64,000 nt of DNA from positions 1,028 through 65,027 of the forward strand of contig JAGQHQ010000005.1 of assembly GCA_020431705.1 (NCBI GenBank), given 5' to 3'. Source of the DNA: Candidatus Babelota bacterium (lineage in GTDB: Bacteria > Babelota > Babeliae > Babelales > Vermiphilaceae). Under the pieces are notes generated by a model. The model did no database searches and was not told the DNA's origin. It was given only the letters and a program-made list of their open reading frames with translations. Below are positions 1-10,255 of the stretch, in pieces (the first letter of the stretch is position 1; each line of letters starts with the position of its first letter). The position numbers were made by a program, and so were the translations under genes.

Positions 1-1120
1 GTAAAAATTTAGCCACCGGGGAATCAACAGCGCCATCTTTAAAACGAATCCAAAGTAAACCTTTTGCACCAAGTTTTTGTGCTTTTGCAACCCAACCATC
101 TAACTCCGAGCGCGTAAACTCATAATCGGTAATATGCAGCGCACCAATTTTGCCCCCTTTATCAAGTACCGTACGCAAAAACTTTAACTCAGTATTCTCA
201 AATAACTGACTGCAATCATTAATTTTTAATTCAAAGCGAAGATCTGGTTTATCACACCCATATTGTTTTATTGCATCATTATATGTCATATGTTGTATGG
301 GCAACGGTAAATCAACGTTAAATATCTTTTTCCAAATAAACGCAAGCATGTCAGAAATAATTTTTTGTACATCACCCTCTTTGATAAAAGACATTTCCAA
401 GTCAAGCTGAGTAAATTCCGGCTGCCTATCAGCTCGTAAATCTTCGTCTCTAAAACAACGAGCTACTTGAAAGTAACGTTCCATACCACTAGCCATCAAA
501 AGTTGTTTATATAACTGTGGTGATTGTGGCAGTGCATAAAAAGAACCTTGATGAATACGAGAGGGCACTAAAAATTCTCGTGCACCTTCGGGTGTATTTT
601 TGGTCAATATAGGTGTTTCAATTTCATAGAATGTATGTTCTTGCAAAAACTGGCGCATTAAAAATAGTACATTATTACGCAGTGCAAAATTATCCTGCAT
701 CTGAGTACGACGCAAATCAAGATAACGATATTTTAAACGTAATTCTTCGTCAACGTTTGATGCCTCATCAAGCTGAAAAGGTAACACACCTGCTTTATTT
801 AAGACAGTAACATTTTCTACTTGAAGCTCCCATCTTCCCGTTGGTAAATCATTATTTATAGTTTCTTTTGAACGCTCAACAACCATACCTATTACAGAAA
901 CGACAAATTCTGAACGAAGCATATGGCCGATTTTATGTGCATCTTGAGAAAAATCAGGATTAAAAACAAGCTGCATCACACCACTACGATCACGCAGATC
1001 GATAAAAATCAGTCCACCATGATCACGCCTACGATGCACCCAACCAGACAAATCAATCTTTTTGCCAAAAAGTTTTACATCAACTTCGCCGCACCCTACT
1101 GTTCGTTTGAAAAATTGCAT
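1..1120 (-). CDS. aspS: Aspartyl-tRNA synthetase (bacterial type), N-terminal part; C-terminus runs off the window start
   Basis: My translation of the minus strand from the ATG at 1120-1118 reads MQFFKRTVGCGEVDVKLFGKKIDLSGWVHRRRDHGGLIFIDLRDRSG (OB-fold domain). It continues to ARCFRDEDLRADRQPEFTQLDLEMSF (class II motif 2) and then a GAD-type insertion. The frame stays open to base 1, which is why it is absent from the ORF track. Confidence 0.9.
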   Translation of the reverse strand, partial: MQFFKRTVGCGEVDVKLFGKKIDLSGWVHRRRDHGGLIFIDLRDRSGVMQLVFNPDFSQDAHKIGHMLRSEFVVSVIGMVVERSKETINNDLPTGRWELQVENVTVLNKAGVLPFQLDEASNVDEELRLKYRYLDLRRTQMQDNFALRNNVLFLMRQFLQEHTFYEIETPILTKNTPEGAREFLVPSRIHQGSFYALPQSPQLYKQLLMASGMERYFQVARCFRDEDLRADRQPEFTQLDLEMSFIKEGDVQKIISDMLAFIWKKIFNVDLPLPIQHMTYNDAIKQYGCDKPDLRFELKINDCSQLFENTELKFLRTVLDKGGKIGALHITDYEFTRSELDGWVAKAQKLGAKGLLWIRFKDGAVDSPVAKFL

Positions 1121-1306
1121 ACCGCTTCCTGATTTTTACACGCGTTTGCTAAAAAATATATTTAAGTATTAACCCAATATTAAATTTTAATTATAGCAAA
1201 TATGGCTAATAATGCCAGTTTACAAGAGATTCACCACATAGGCCCTGGCATACAGCCAGAGCCCATTGTTCCCGATTATGGCCCCACCAAGATACTCGTT
1301 TGCTGT

Positions 1307-3355
1307 TTAAAATTTAAATTCTAAACCAATATTAACAGTAAATGCAGGGTCATTCCCTAAATTTGGAATTCTATCTGCCGAAAATCCAGTTCTGTCTAAT
1401 CTGTTAAGGGCACTATTTTGGTCAGAATTCAACGGTATACCTCGAACATCATCATAATATTTACCTGCAATAAACACCGAACCAATAAAATATAATTTAA
1501 GATGCTCATACAGGTAAAGGTCAGCAAAAAGATTCAATTCTGCACCAAGGAAATTACTTGCACACTCACCAATCTCCTGCCTTGTTTGTGCATCAAATTT
1601 TTTGACTGTATTTTCTTTCCAGAATAAAATTAAGTTTGGATGAAATCTAAACTCTTTAGTAAAATCAGTCGGCTCCCATTTTACTCCAGCACCACAAAAA
1701 ATTAGATCTGTAAAACGAGAAACAACACGTGCAAACGGACTCGGTGCAGTGATAGAACTTGGCGCTGAAAGTGGACGTTTAACACGGCCAGCACCACCCA
1801 ATAAGAACGCACTACGCACACGCTTTCCAGAATATAATTCTTGTAAACTAATAAAGCCAGTAAAATCGCCATCAACAACTTCATCATTTGGATTATCATC
1901 ACCAGTTGCAATACCAAAACTTGCTGCGATCTCTAATTCTTTATTAAAGAAGTAAAGCGCGACATCACCTACAAACATTGCACCTTTATAGCGATTGGTA
2001 TACGGATCACGATAGCGATTTTTTGCATTAAAAAGCTGGTCTGTCTGTGCTGGAGCAACGGCCACTGGTATATTCTCAAGCGCAGTACTAAAACCAGTTG
2101 CAGTACCAATTAATTTTCCATTTCGTTCGGCTGAATCAAGTTCATTATCAATAAAATTTTGAGCTGTTTTACCGATTGTAGTCGGTATATTACCAGCACC
2201 AACAACAGACCCCACAGCATGCGGAACCAAATAAGGATTTAAATCAGAAGGCGCATTTTGGTCTGTTGGATCAACATTAATATATGCATGGCTATTTACT
2301 AAAAATACAGTACCGTCTCTATTTTGTCGCATTACAACGTTGCGATCCCAACCACGAACATTTTGTTGTCCAATGTTTACCGCACCATCAAAACCAACAG
2401 CAAAATATTCTGACTCATATTCACCCGCACAACCAATAGTGCCGAGTTTACTCTCTGCGTCTGCCAAAAATTCAATTTTTTGCTCAGGATCGTTGTTATA
2501 CAACCAGTATGGCTCAAAAGAAAGCGAGCCGACATTTTGATTATCAAATACAATCCAATGCAATTTACCAGCAAACAAATAATTCATACGGCCAAAACCG
2601 CGCTGAGGACAATCGATGCGTCCATACTCTTGCCCACGAATTTTTGCAGCAGTATCACCTAGGCTACCAGTTTTATTATCTAATATCGATGCATATAAGT
2701 CATATGACAACGCTTGACTTTCAAGTAAGTTGCCAGAGAATTTCACACCAAATGCATATTGATCAATTGCATAATCAACAAAAAAACCAAGGAGCTCTGG
2801 GCCAACGGCAAATGCAGAGCCAAGTGCAATACCACGCCCTAGCTCAAATGGAAACGCACCAAGAGTCAAAGTGTGCTCATACTCAATCGGTAGTGAGAAT
2901 ACTTGATTCAAAGAAAGACGTAACCAGCCCTCTCTCATCCAAAAAAAATGACGAGGAATAAAGTGTTTATGTCCTCTGCCAACCTCATCAAGCGATTGAG
3001 TTTCTGTATCAGTTGTAGATGCAATACTGCTTGGATCACCCCAAACTGCCTTATTTCGAGCGGTAAAATTAAACTCAATTGCTGGATATTTAGTGTTTCG
3101 ATACTGCCCATACAAAGCATCAAGTCTAAAATCAATTGTATGACGAGAAAAAAGAGTTCTATCAGCCCCCTCTTTATTATTAAGTAAACTTATGTTTTTG
3201 CCATAAAAGGATTCTAACCTCGCAGTTCCCCAAAAATCTAATTGAAAGTCACCGTATGTTGTTGAAAGATTTGCAAACGCACCAAACGAGACACATATGC
3301 CGCTAAATAAAAACGCTAGCCTTAATCCAACCGATTTTTGCACCGGATATATCAT
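1307..3355 (-). CDS. Large outer-membrane beta-barrel protein, family not recognised
   Basis: The track ORF is 1307..3400. The likely start is the ATG at 3355 (MIYPVQKSVGLRLAFLFSGICVSFGAFA signal peptide, GAAGAGGG upstream). The protein is Gly/aromatic-rich with alternating strands and ends in GLEFKF, a terminal Phe typical of BAM substrates. Confidence 0.7.
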   Translation of the reverse strand: MIYPVQKSVGLRLAFLFSGICVSFGAFANLSTTYGDFQLDFWGTARLESFYGKNISLLNNKEGADRTLFSRHTIDFRLDALYGQYRNTKYPAIEFNFTARNKAVWGDPSSIASTTDTETQSLDEVGRGHKHFIPRHFFWMREGWLRLSLNQVFSLPIEYEHTLTLGAFPFELGRGIALGSAFAVGPELLGFFVDYAIDQYAFGVKFSGNLLESQALSYDLYASILDNKTGSLGDTAAKIRGQEYGRIDCPQRGFGRMNYLFAGKLHWIVFDNQNVGSLSFEPYWLYNNDPEQKIEFLADAESKLGTIGCAGEYESEYFAVGFDGAVNIGQQNVRGWDRNVVMRQNRDGTVFLVNSHAYINVDPTDQNAPSDLNPYLVPHAVGSVVGAGNIPTTIGKTAQNFIDNELDSAERNGKLIGTATGFSTALENIPVAVAPAQTDQLFNAKNRYRDPYTNRYKGAMFVGDVALYFFNKELEIAASFGIATGDDNPNDEVVDGDFTGFISLQELYSGKRVRSAFLLGGAGRVKRPLSAPSSITAPSPFARVVSRFTDLIFCGAGVKWEPTDFTKEFRFHPNLILFWKENTVKKFDAQTRQEIGECASNFLGAELNLFADLYLYEHLKLYFIGSVFIAGKYYDDVRGIPLNSDQNSALNRLDRTGFSADRIPNLGNDPAFTVNIGLEFKF

Positions 3356-3595
3356 AATACCCTCTTCTACGTAGTTAAAAATTAAAAAATACGGGAACAA
3401 AAAAAGCCCCGCTATGGAGCCCCCTCATATACCACTACCTTTTTTGACTTTTTTTTAAGAATTTAAAATCCCTAACCGCTGGATAATAAAGGACCTTAAA
3501 CTTCCTTAAACTTAAATAATTTTAAGAGGGTACTGCTTTTTGTGTGTTTGTCAAATTTATGCTACACGTTGTAAGCAAAAGTGAAGGATACTATC

Positions 3596-4456
3596 ATGAT
3601 AAAAGAACAAAAACTATTACTCGGTGCACACATGTCAATTGCTGAAGGCTTTGAAAAAGCAATTGAGTATGGAGAATCAATTGGCTGCACAGCTATTCAA
3701 ATTTTTACCAAAAACAATCGGCGATGGAATGCAAAGAAAATAACCAAAGAAGATTCACAAAAATTTAAAATAGCCCTTAAAAATTCTTCCATTAAATTTA
3801 TAGTTGCACATGCAAGCTACCTGATTAATATCGGATCTCCCAAAAAGGAAACACAAAAAAAATCTGTTGATGCACTTGTAAAAGAACTCAATAGATGCGA
3901 AAAACTTGGTATACCATATTTAGTTATACACCCAGGCTCATGCCTAAAAACAAACGAGCAAGAATGTCTTGATATCATAACACAAAATCTTGATATTGCC
4001 CTTGAAAAAGCTCATGGCAAAACTATGATTTTACTCGAAACCATGGCCGGACAAGGGTCCAGCACATGCTATACATTTGAACATATTGCTTATATCATTA
4101 AAAAATCAAAAAAGAAAAAACGCCTTGGTGTCTGTTTTGACACATGCCATGTTTTTGCAGCCGGTTATGATTTACGCGATAAAAAAAGCTATGTAGATAC
4201 CTGGAAAAAGTTTGAAAAAACAATTGGCATAAGGAAACTTAAGGTAATTCATATCAATGATTCCAAAAAAGAGCTAGGCTCACGTGTTGATAGGCATGAA
4301 CATATTGGTAAGGGAAAATTGGGCTCTCAGGCATTTAAGCTATTACTCACAGATAAAAGATTTTCAAACATTCCAAAAATTTTAGAAACCCCAAAAGAAA
4401 CCCTGGAAGAAGATGCTCACAATATGGCCTTTATTAAAAAATTAATAAAAACCTGA
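3596..4456 (+). CDS. nfo: Endonuclease IV (AP endonuclease family 2)
   Basis: Motifs LLLGAHMSIAEGF, HASYLINIGS, LVIHPGS, CFDTCHVFAAGYD and HINDSK..GSRVDRHEHIG are present. The track ORF starts at a GTG at 3581. The ATG at 3596 has GAAGGA 7 nt upstream. Confidence 0.9.
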   Translation: MIKEQKLLLGAHMSIAEGFEKAIEYGESIGCTAIQIFTKNNRRWNAKKITKEDSQKFKIALKNSSIKFIVAHASYLINIGSPKKETQKKSVDALVKELNRCEKLGIPYLVIHPGSCLKTNEQECLDIITQNLDIALEKAHGKTMILLETMAGQGSSTCYTFEHIAYIIKKSKKKKRLGVCFDTCHVFAAGYDLRDKKSYVDTWKKFEKTIGIRKLKVIHINDSKKELGSRVDRHEHIGKGKLGSQAFKLLLTDKRFSNIPKILETPKETLEEDAHNMAFIKKLIKT

Positions 4457-4771
4457 GTAAAGTAATAGACAAGAACCTGAAAGTATTGAAGCTAAGAAGG
4501 AATTGTAGCAATACTTTTTATCGTCCTTAGTCTATTACCCACTCAAAATAAGCAGTGCCTCTAACCACACCTCTCCCGATGAAAGGAGGAGTATACAACT
4601 CAAGCCTTGTTTGCAAATAAGTTTGATGGAATAACAATAAAAAACAACAAAATTAATACAACAAAAAAAGCAACAACAAGAAAACGGCTTTTTTTTAGTC
4701 ACTTTACAAAAAATGTGTTGCTTTTTTGTTGCTTTACAAAAAAAGCAACGCGTTGCACAAAAACATCCGCT

Positions 4772-5779
4772 TTATGCAACAGGAGTTTTTTTTCCTAAAA
4801 ATAAAGTAAAAAACCAAAATATAATAAAAATGACCTGAGACACCACAAGAGCATCAAGATTAATAATATGTGCAACAAACAATCGCGCAATAAGCATTTG
4901 AATAATTGATAAAAGGGCTATATAACCTAAAATAAAAGCCCTTTTCCAACCCTTACGCAGTAAATAATGACTAAAATGATCTGGACTTCCCTTATAAAAG
5001 GGAATTCCTCTATATGTTCTAATCAAGATTAGTGCTCCAATTTCTAAAAAAGGAATCAGGAGTACTACCAATGGAGTAAGATATCCATGCCAATTATAAA
5101 GCCCCCACGGCAAAAGAAATGGAATAGTTGCAACCAAGCCTCCTATAAAAAGCGAACCAGCATCACCAAGATAAATAGTTGCAGATGGTTTATTATACCA
5201 AAAAAAAGCCATCAAAGATCCTAAAAGAGATGCTAATAACAGCAGGGATGTATTATGGTTAAAATAGAAACTAATAACCATAAAAGAACTTGTAGCAGCA
5301 ATAGCTAATAATGACGCCAAGCCATCCATAACATCAACAAGATTAAACGCGTTGATAATTGAAAGTATCCATAATACAGAAAGCGGAATATGCCATAATG
5401 TATAAAAAAAGTGTTCTTTTAAATAAAATCCAGCCTTTAAAAAACAAAAAGCTGCAATAATTTGACCAAAAAATTTTTGATACGGCTTAAGAACAAACAA
5501 GTCATCCACAAGACCAACAAATAACAATAATGTTGAGCCGATCAAAAACAAGAGAATATTATTTTCAATTGGAAATACAAGCGCCAAAGAAACAATAAAA
5601 CCGCAATAAACAGCGAGACCACCTAAATAAGGAACTGCATTTTTATGTAGTTTAATTTTACCATCAGGTACATCAACAAACTGCAGTTTTCGTGCCAGGG
5701 CAGAAAAAAGAGGTGTCACATAAAAAGTAACCAAAAAAGATATAAATACCGCGAAAAAACTTTTTATTATTGCTTCCAT
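4772..5779 (-). CDS. Polyprenyl-phosphate HexNAc-1-phosphate transferase (MraY/WecA family, GT4), WecA/TagO-like by size
   Basis: Polytopic membrane protein of 335 aa. Motifs VDVPDGKIKLHKNAVPYLGG, LVGLVDD and NAFNLVDVMDGLA are present. Confidence 0.8.
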   Translation of the reverse strand: MEAIIKSFFAVFISFLVTFYVTPLFSALARKLQFVDVPDGKIKLHKNAVPYLGGLAVYCGFIVSLALVFPIENNILLFLIGSTLLLFVGLVDDLFVLKPYQKFFGQIIAAFCFLKAGFYLKEHFFYTLWHIPLSVLWILSIINAFNLVDVMDGLASLLAIAATSSFMVISFYFNHNTSLLLLASLLGSLMAFFWYNKPSATIYLGDAGSLFIGGLVATIPFLLPWGLYNWHGYLTPLVVLLIPFLEIGALILIRTYRGIPFYKGSPDHFSHYLLRKGWKRAFILGYIALLSIIQMLIARLFVAHIINLDALVVSQVIFIIFWFFTLFLGKKTPVA

Positions 5780-5801
5780 TACCGTGACGACTAACTAACA
5801 A

Positions 5802-7865
5802 CTAAACCTGCTCTTTGGGTACTTCAATAAAACATTCAACGCGATCTTCAACTTGCCAATCAGTAATGCCATCAACAATGAAGCCGCACTCAAAACCAGC
5901 ATTAACTTGTTTAACTGTGCGCTTTTCTCGCTGTAAACTCTTAATAGCTCCTTCGCCAATTTTTGTTCTACCACGCCAACCAACAACAGTACCTTTATGT
6001 GAAAAAAATCCATCACTAACATAGCAACCAGCAATAACTCCAACTTTTTTTATATCAAAAACACGACGAACAATAGCCTCACCGACTTTTTTGATAACTA
6101 CTTCTGGTGCAACACTACCCTTTGCAAATTCTTCAAGCGACTCTAGTAATTTATAAATAATTTGAAATGAAGAAATTGTAACACCCATTTTTTGAGCCAA
6201 TGCTACAGAGTTAGGCTCAGCTTTAACATGAAGAGCAACAATCTTTGCACCAGTATTAGATGCCAAAACAACGTCGCTTTCATTCACATCACCAATAGAA
6301 GCATCAACAATGGTAAAACCAACCTTGCCTTTTTTAGAAAGCTTATCTATAGATTCTAAAAGTGCCTCTTGGGAAGAGTTAGTGTCAGTTTTTACAATAA
6401 GACCCAATCTTAACATTTCCCTTGTTTTTAGTTGCCTTACCCCAATAGCCGCCGCGCCCCTGCGAAGAGTTCCTCCTATCTCGCGCGATTTGCTACGATA
6501 CACCTCTTTTGAAACAACCTCAAAATAATCTCCAGCATCTGGAAGCGTAGAAAAGCCGGAAACCTGAACCGGAATTGATGGCCCAACCGACTGGATACGT
6601 TGACCTGCAGAATTAATGAGCGAGCTAACACGACCAATAGCATTACCAGAAATAAAATAATCACCAACCTTTATTCTGCCATGAACACACAGGAGTGTTG
6701 CAACAGGACCACGACCCCTTTCTAATTTCGACTCAAGTACATACCCCTTTGCCAATCCAGAAAAATCCGCTCGTAGCTCCATCAGCTCTGTTTGCAATAA
6801 AATCATTTCAAGTAATCGATCAACCCCTTGTCCTGTTTTCGCTGAAATTGGAATCATAACTACGTCGCCACCCCACTCTTCAGGTAACAGATTATGTTGT
6901 GCCAAATCACGCCGTGTTGTTTCAATCCGAGATGGTTCAACCTTATCAACCTTGTTAATTGCAACAACAACAGGAACCCCCATTGATTTAGCATGCTTAA
7001 TTGCCTCAATTGTTTGAGGCATAACACTATCATCTGCAGCAACAACCAAAACCGCAATGTCTGCAACTCGCACTCCACGTGCACGCATTTTTGAAAATGC
7101 TTCATGTCCAGGTGTATCAAGAAAAACAATACTGCCATGATCTGTTTGAGCCTCATATGCACCCAAGTGCTGAGTTATACCACCTTTTTCTTTTGCAGCA
7201 ACACGAGTTTTTCTTATAAAATCAAGCAATGTTGTTTTTCCATGATCAACATGTCCAAGAACCACCGCCACCGGCAATCGAGATCTAAGCTCAGCACCTT
7301 GCATCACAAAGTTTTTGCGTTCTTCCTCTTTCTTTTTTTGCTTTGGCGCAACGGTTGGAATTTCATAATACCTTGCAATGCGCTCAACCATTTCTTTAGG
7401 CAACATCATATTTTTACTTGCCAAAACCCCCCACTTTAAAAGTGTTAACATCACACTATTAATGGGTAAACTAGCTTTCTGACATAGGGTATTTACCGCT
7501 TGATCCTCGAGAACAAGCTCTCTTGGCTGAATGCTTTTTTGTTTCTCAGGGAGTTTATCTCGCAAATCCCTAACTGTAGATAAAGATTTTGATGCACGAA
7601 GAGTAGTAGTAACCGCGCGAGATGCACCACCACGCTCTACTATTTTTTTTGGTTCCAATTTTGGTTGTGGCTCCTGCTCTTTTTGCTGATTAATTAAAGA
7701 TTCAATAGTCGATGATGGTTTAGCAAATGTTTTATTCAAGAAACTAACCGCCCCCTCGCCAAGCACAGACATGTGACTTTTTATCTCAAAGCCCGCACCT
7801 CTAAGTTTTTGCAAAAGCTCTTTGTTTGAAATATTATATTTTTTCGAAAACTCGTATACACGCAT
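5802..7865 (-). CDS. infB: Translation initiation factor IF-2
   Basis: G-domain motifs [20 protein letters not shown] and NKVDK are present. The gene sits immediately downstream of nusA, as in the canonical operon. Confidence 0.95.
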   Translation of the reverse strand: MRVYEFSKKYNISNKELLQKLRGAGFEIKSHMSVLGEGAVSFLNKTFAKPSSTIESLINQQKEQEPQPKLEPKKIVERGGASRAVTTTLRASKSLSTVRDLRDKLPEKQKSIQPRELVLEDQAVNTLCQKASLPINSVMLTLLKWGVLASKNMMLPKEMVERIARYYEIPTVAPKQKKKEEERKNFVMQGAELRSRLPVAVVLGHVDHGKTTLLDFIRKTRVAAKEKGGITQHLGAYEAQTDHGSIVFLDTPGHEAFSKMRARGVRVADIAVLVVAADDSVMPQTIEAIKHAKSMGVPVVVAINKVDKVEPSRIETTRRDLAQHNLLPEEWGGDVVMIPISAKTGQGVDRLLEMILLQTELMELRADFSGLAKGYVLESKLERGRGPVATLLCVHGRIKVGDYFISGNAIGRVSSLINSAGQRIQSVGPSIPVQVSGFSTLPDAGDYFEVVSKEVYRSKSREIGGTLRRGAAAIGVRQLKTREMLRLGLIVKTDTNSSQEALLESIDKLSKKGKVGFTIVDASIGDVNESDVVLASNTGAKIVALHVKAEPNSVALAQKMGVTISSFQIIYKLLESLEEFAKGSVAPEVVIKKVGEAIVRRVFDIKKVGVIAGCYVSDGFFSHKGTVVGWRGRTKIGEGAIKSLQREKRTVKQVNAGFECGFIVDGITDWQVEDRVECFIEVPKEQV

Positions 7866-7917
7866 GTGGATTATAACCCGCTACAAGTAAAAAAATTTAA
7901 ATTTTTATGCAACCCGT

Positions 7918-8997
7918 CTACTTGAAGGCATCGTCCTTAGACCCCCCAACCTCTTCCTTGGTACCTGAGCCATTCGAGGCATGACCGTCCTGTATTAGGT
8001 GTATCTTAACACCACCCAGCCGAGAGGCCAGCGCAATATTTTGCCCCATTTTGCCAATAGCCAAAGAGCGCTCATCTTCATCTAGCCAAACGTGTACATT
8101 TTCTCCATCAACCAATATAACTCGGTCAATTTTTGCTGGCTTCAGCGCGTTTTTAATAAGCTCTTGCTTGTCATCTGTCCAGGCAATAACATCTATCTTC
8201 TCACCACCCAGCTCCTTGAGTATCGGCTTAATGCGAATACCACCAACCCCAACACACGTTCCAACTGGATCAATATTTTTATCATTAGACACAACAACAA
8301 CTTTTGCCTTGTAGCCAGGAATGCGAACAATGTTTTTTATCTCTACAAGCTTTTCAAAAACCTCTGGAATCTCAAGCTCAAAAAGTCGCCGCAAAAAATC
8401 CTGAGAAGACCGATCAAGAATAAGCTGATTATCATTTCTAGGCTCCGGAAGCACCTCTTTAAGAAGCGCTCGCACAGGATAGCCAACAATAAATTTTTCT
8501 CCAGGAATAGAAAGCGACCTTGGCAAAAATGCAAGCGCCTCTTGAACCTTAACCACTGTGCCACCATGCTCCGCCTTATGTATAACACCATGGACAATAG
8601 AGCCTTCTTTTGGTTTAAACTCGTTATATATCGTGGTTGCCTCAATTTTACGAATCTTACTCGCAATAACCTGTTTTGCCCGAAGAATTTCTATTCTACC
8701 AATTTTTCCATCAAATGGCACCCAGAGCGCATCTTCGGCTTGTGCACTAGGATTTATTCCTCGCGCTTTGCGCACACTAATCTCAAGATCATCATTTGTA
8801 ACAGATGAAACAACCTTTTTTTGTACTTCTATAACAATTTCGTCTATTTTTTTTTCATACCGAGCGCGAAGTGGTAGATCTGGAAATTTTTTTTCGTATG
8901 CAGCAAGCAAGCCCTCGGAAATAATCGAGCCCAATACCACTCGATCAACACCTCCCTCTTCGACAAGCTCGTTTATGACTGCAGAAAGTTGAACCAT
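7918..8997 (-). CDS. nusA: Transcription termination/antitermination factor NusA
   Basis: 359 aa with an N-terminal NusA domain, an S1 region (GSIVHGVIHKAEHGGTVVKV) and KH regions (PVGTCVGVGGIRIKPI; AIGKMGQNIALASRL). It shows synteny with infB. Confidence 0.92.
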   Translation of the reverse strand: MVQLSAVINELVEEGGVDRVVLGSIISEGLLAAYEKKFPDLPLRARYEKKIDEIVIEVQKKVVSSVTNDDLEISVRKARGINPSAQAEDALWVPFDGKIGRIEILRAKQVIASKIRKIEATTIYNEFKPKEGSIVHGVIHKAEHGGTVVKVQEALAFLPRSLSIPGEKFIVGYPVRALLKEVLPEPRNDNQLILDRSSQDFLRRLFELEIPEVFEKLVEIKNIVRIPGYKAKVVVVSNDKNIDPVGTCVGVGGIRIKPILKELGGEKIDVIAWTDDKQELIKNALKPAKIDRVILVDGENVHVWLDEDERSLAIGKMGQNIALASRLGGVKIHLIQDGHASNGSGTKEEVGGSKDDAFK

Positions 8998-9303
8998 TCT
9001 TTTGCCTTATATGTTGACTCTGTTGATCCTGAAAGTGCTCAATCCAAGCGCTCTTTCCATAGTGTATTACAATAAAACAACCACCGCAAGCACTTTTTGA
9101 TTTTGTTTTTTTGCCTAAGTTTGTTTTTTGCTTGCTATGGTCAGCGAGGGATAAGTTTGGGTAAGGCCGAGATGTATAATGTTAATATATTATATAATAT
9201 ATTTTTAAATTAATAATAATAGGTAGGGCGCTCGTGGTGGATAACCTAGGATGACAACAGCCTGATTGTGCCTCCAGATAGCAAAATACGAAAAATATTT
9301 TGT

Positions 9304-9334
9304 GGTGGATAAGTGGTGGATAAGTGGTGGATAA
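9304..9334 (-). repeat. Three abutting 11-bp units GTGGTGGATAA (DnaA-box-like, minus sense)
   Basis: Read directly: tgtGGTGGATAAgtGGTGGATAAgtGGTGGATAAc. The box starts are 11 bp apart. Confidence 0.9.
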
Positions 9335-9434
9335 CTTTTTTTATTTTGCCCAAAATAATGATCTAGAGCGGGTTTTTTATCAACATTCTTCTAGGCAGCC
9401 CATCTGTAGGGCGTTTTCAGGATCTTTAAAAAAG

Positions 9435-9487
9435 TTATCAACATTTTATCCACCACTTATCCACCACTTATCCACCACTTATCAACA
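9435..9487 (+). repeat. Five abutting 11-bp units (TTATCAACA, 3x TTATCCACC, TTATCAACA), plus sense
   Basis: Read directly: TTATCAACAttTTATCCACCacTTATCCACCacTTATCCACCacTTATCAACA. The box starts at 9435, 9446, 9457, 9468 and 9479 are 11 bp apart. Confidence 0.9.
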
Positions 9488-9602
9488 TTCCTAATGGTAT
9501 TTAACCCCCATCTTTAATGGTTTTTGTGTTATTAAAAATAATCATAACTGAATGGACTGATTTTTTGATGTTATGAATTGTTTTTTATAAAAAAGTTTGG
9601 TT

Positions 9603-10175
9603 TTAAAGGGAGAGTGAGTGTGCCAATCTTATGTCATCAGCAAGTTTATTAAGTTCTTTGGGGTTGCGTAAAATGTACGCTGGGTGGTAAGTGGGAATAA
9701 TAGTGATTTGGCTCATTTTAAATTGTTTGCCACGAATTTTGGTTATTCTAACTTCTTGTTCTAGTAGTTCTTGAGTTGCAACAGATCCGAGTGTGCAAAT
9801 AACCTTTGGGCAAATAATTTTTATTTGGTTTAATAGTAACAGACTTTTGCATATTTTACTTTCGGCAGGTGTTGGTTTTCTATTATTTGGTGGGCGGCAC
9901 TTAACCACATTGCTTATAAAAATATCGTTGCGAGTGATACCGACAATTTCGACAATGTGATTTAACAATTGTCCAGATTTTCCAACAAATGGTATGCCTT
10001 GTTCGTCTTCATCTCTGCCTGGTCCTTCGCCAACAAGCATTAGTTGTGCGTCGGGATTGCCAGAGCCAAATACAATGTTTTTTCTTCCCATGCCACCAAG
10101 CGGGCATTGCATGCATTTTCTATATGGTTCGTACAGTTTGGTAAGGAGCTGCTGTTTGTATTCTCTTGCATTCAC
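9603..10175 (-). CDS. udg: Uracil-DNA glycosylase, family 4
   Basis: Motifs CMQCPL, GEGPGRDEDEQGIPFVGKSGQLL, VKCRPPNNRKP and PTYHPAYILRNP are present. Confidence 0.85.
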   Translation of the reverse strand: MNAREYKQQLLTKLYEPYRKCMQCPLGGMGRKNIVFGSGNPDAQLMLVGEGPGRDEDEQGIPFVGKSGQLLNHIVEIVGITRNDIFISNVVKCRPPNNRKPTPAESKICKSLLLLNQIKIICPKVICTLGSVATQELLEQEVRITKIRGKQFKMSQITIIPTYHPAYILRNPKELNKLADDIRLAHSLSL

Positions 10176-10255
10176 AGTGTTTAATTCTTTTTATTGTTTA
10201 TTATGATGCATAATGTAGTCGTTTTGCTATTTCTTGTAAAATAGTTAAATCATCT

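Larger units (their letters stand above)
9170..9490. other. Candidate chromosomal replication origin (oriC-like): AT-rich block plus ten DnaA-box-like 9-mers
   Basis: An almost pure A/T block spans 9178-9222. GGTGGATAA (the complement of TTATCCACC) occurs at 9236, 9304, 9315 and 9326. TTATCAACA or TTATCCACC occurs at 9377, 9435, 9446, 9457, 9468 and 9479. All are within 1-2 mismatches of TTATCCACA. Confidence 0.6.

Noticed and set aside
613-1132. Plus-strand ORFs 613..810 and 923..1132.
   Set aside because: They lie antisense within the aspS coding region, which translates into an unambiguous AspRS.
4607-4798. A 63-aa ORF in the nfo/GT4 spacer.
   Set aside because: It is low-complexity (runs of K/T/F from A/T homopolymers) and spans hairpin and palindrome sequence. 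Non-coding is more plausible.
8051-8992. Several long plus-strand ORFs (8051..8314, 8092..8808, 8558..8992) inside nusA.
   Set aside because: They lie antisense to a gene with clear NusA domain structure. Their products are low-complexity with no recognisable motifs.
9300-9490. The 11-bp tandem repeats as a CRISPR array or minisatellite.
   Set aside because: The units abut without spacers and number only 3 and 5. They match the DnaA-box consensus, and no cas genes are present.
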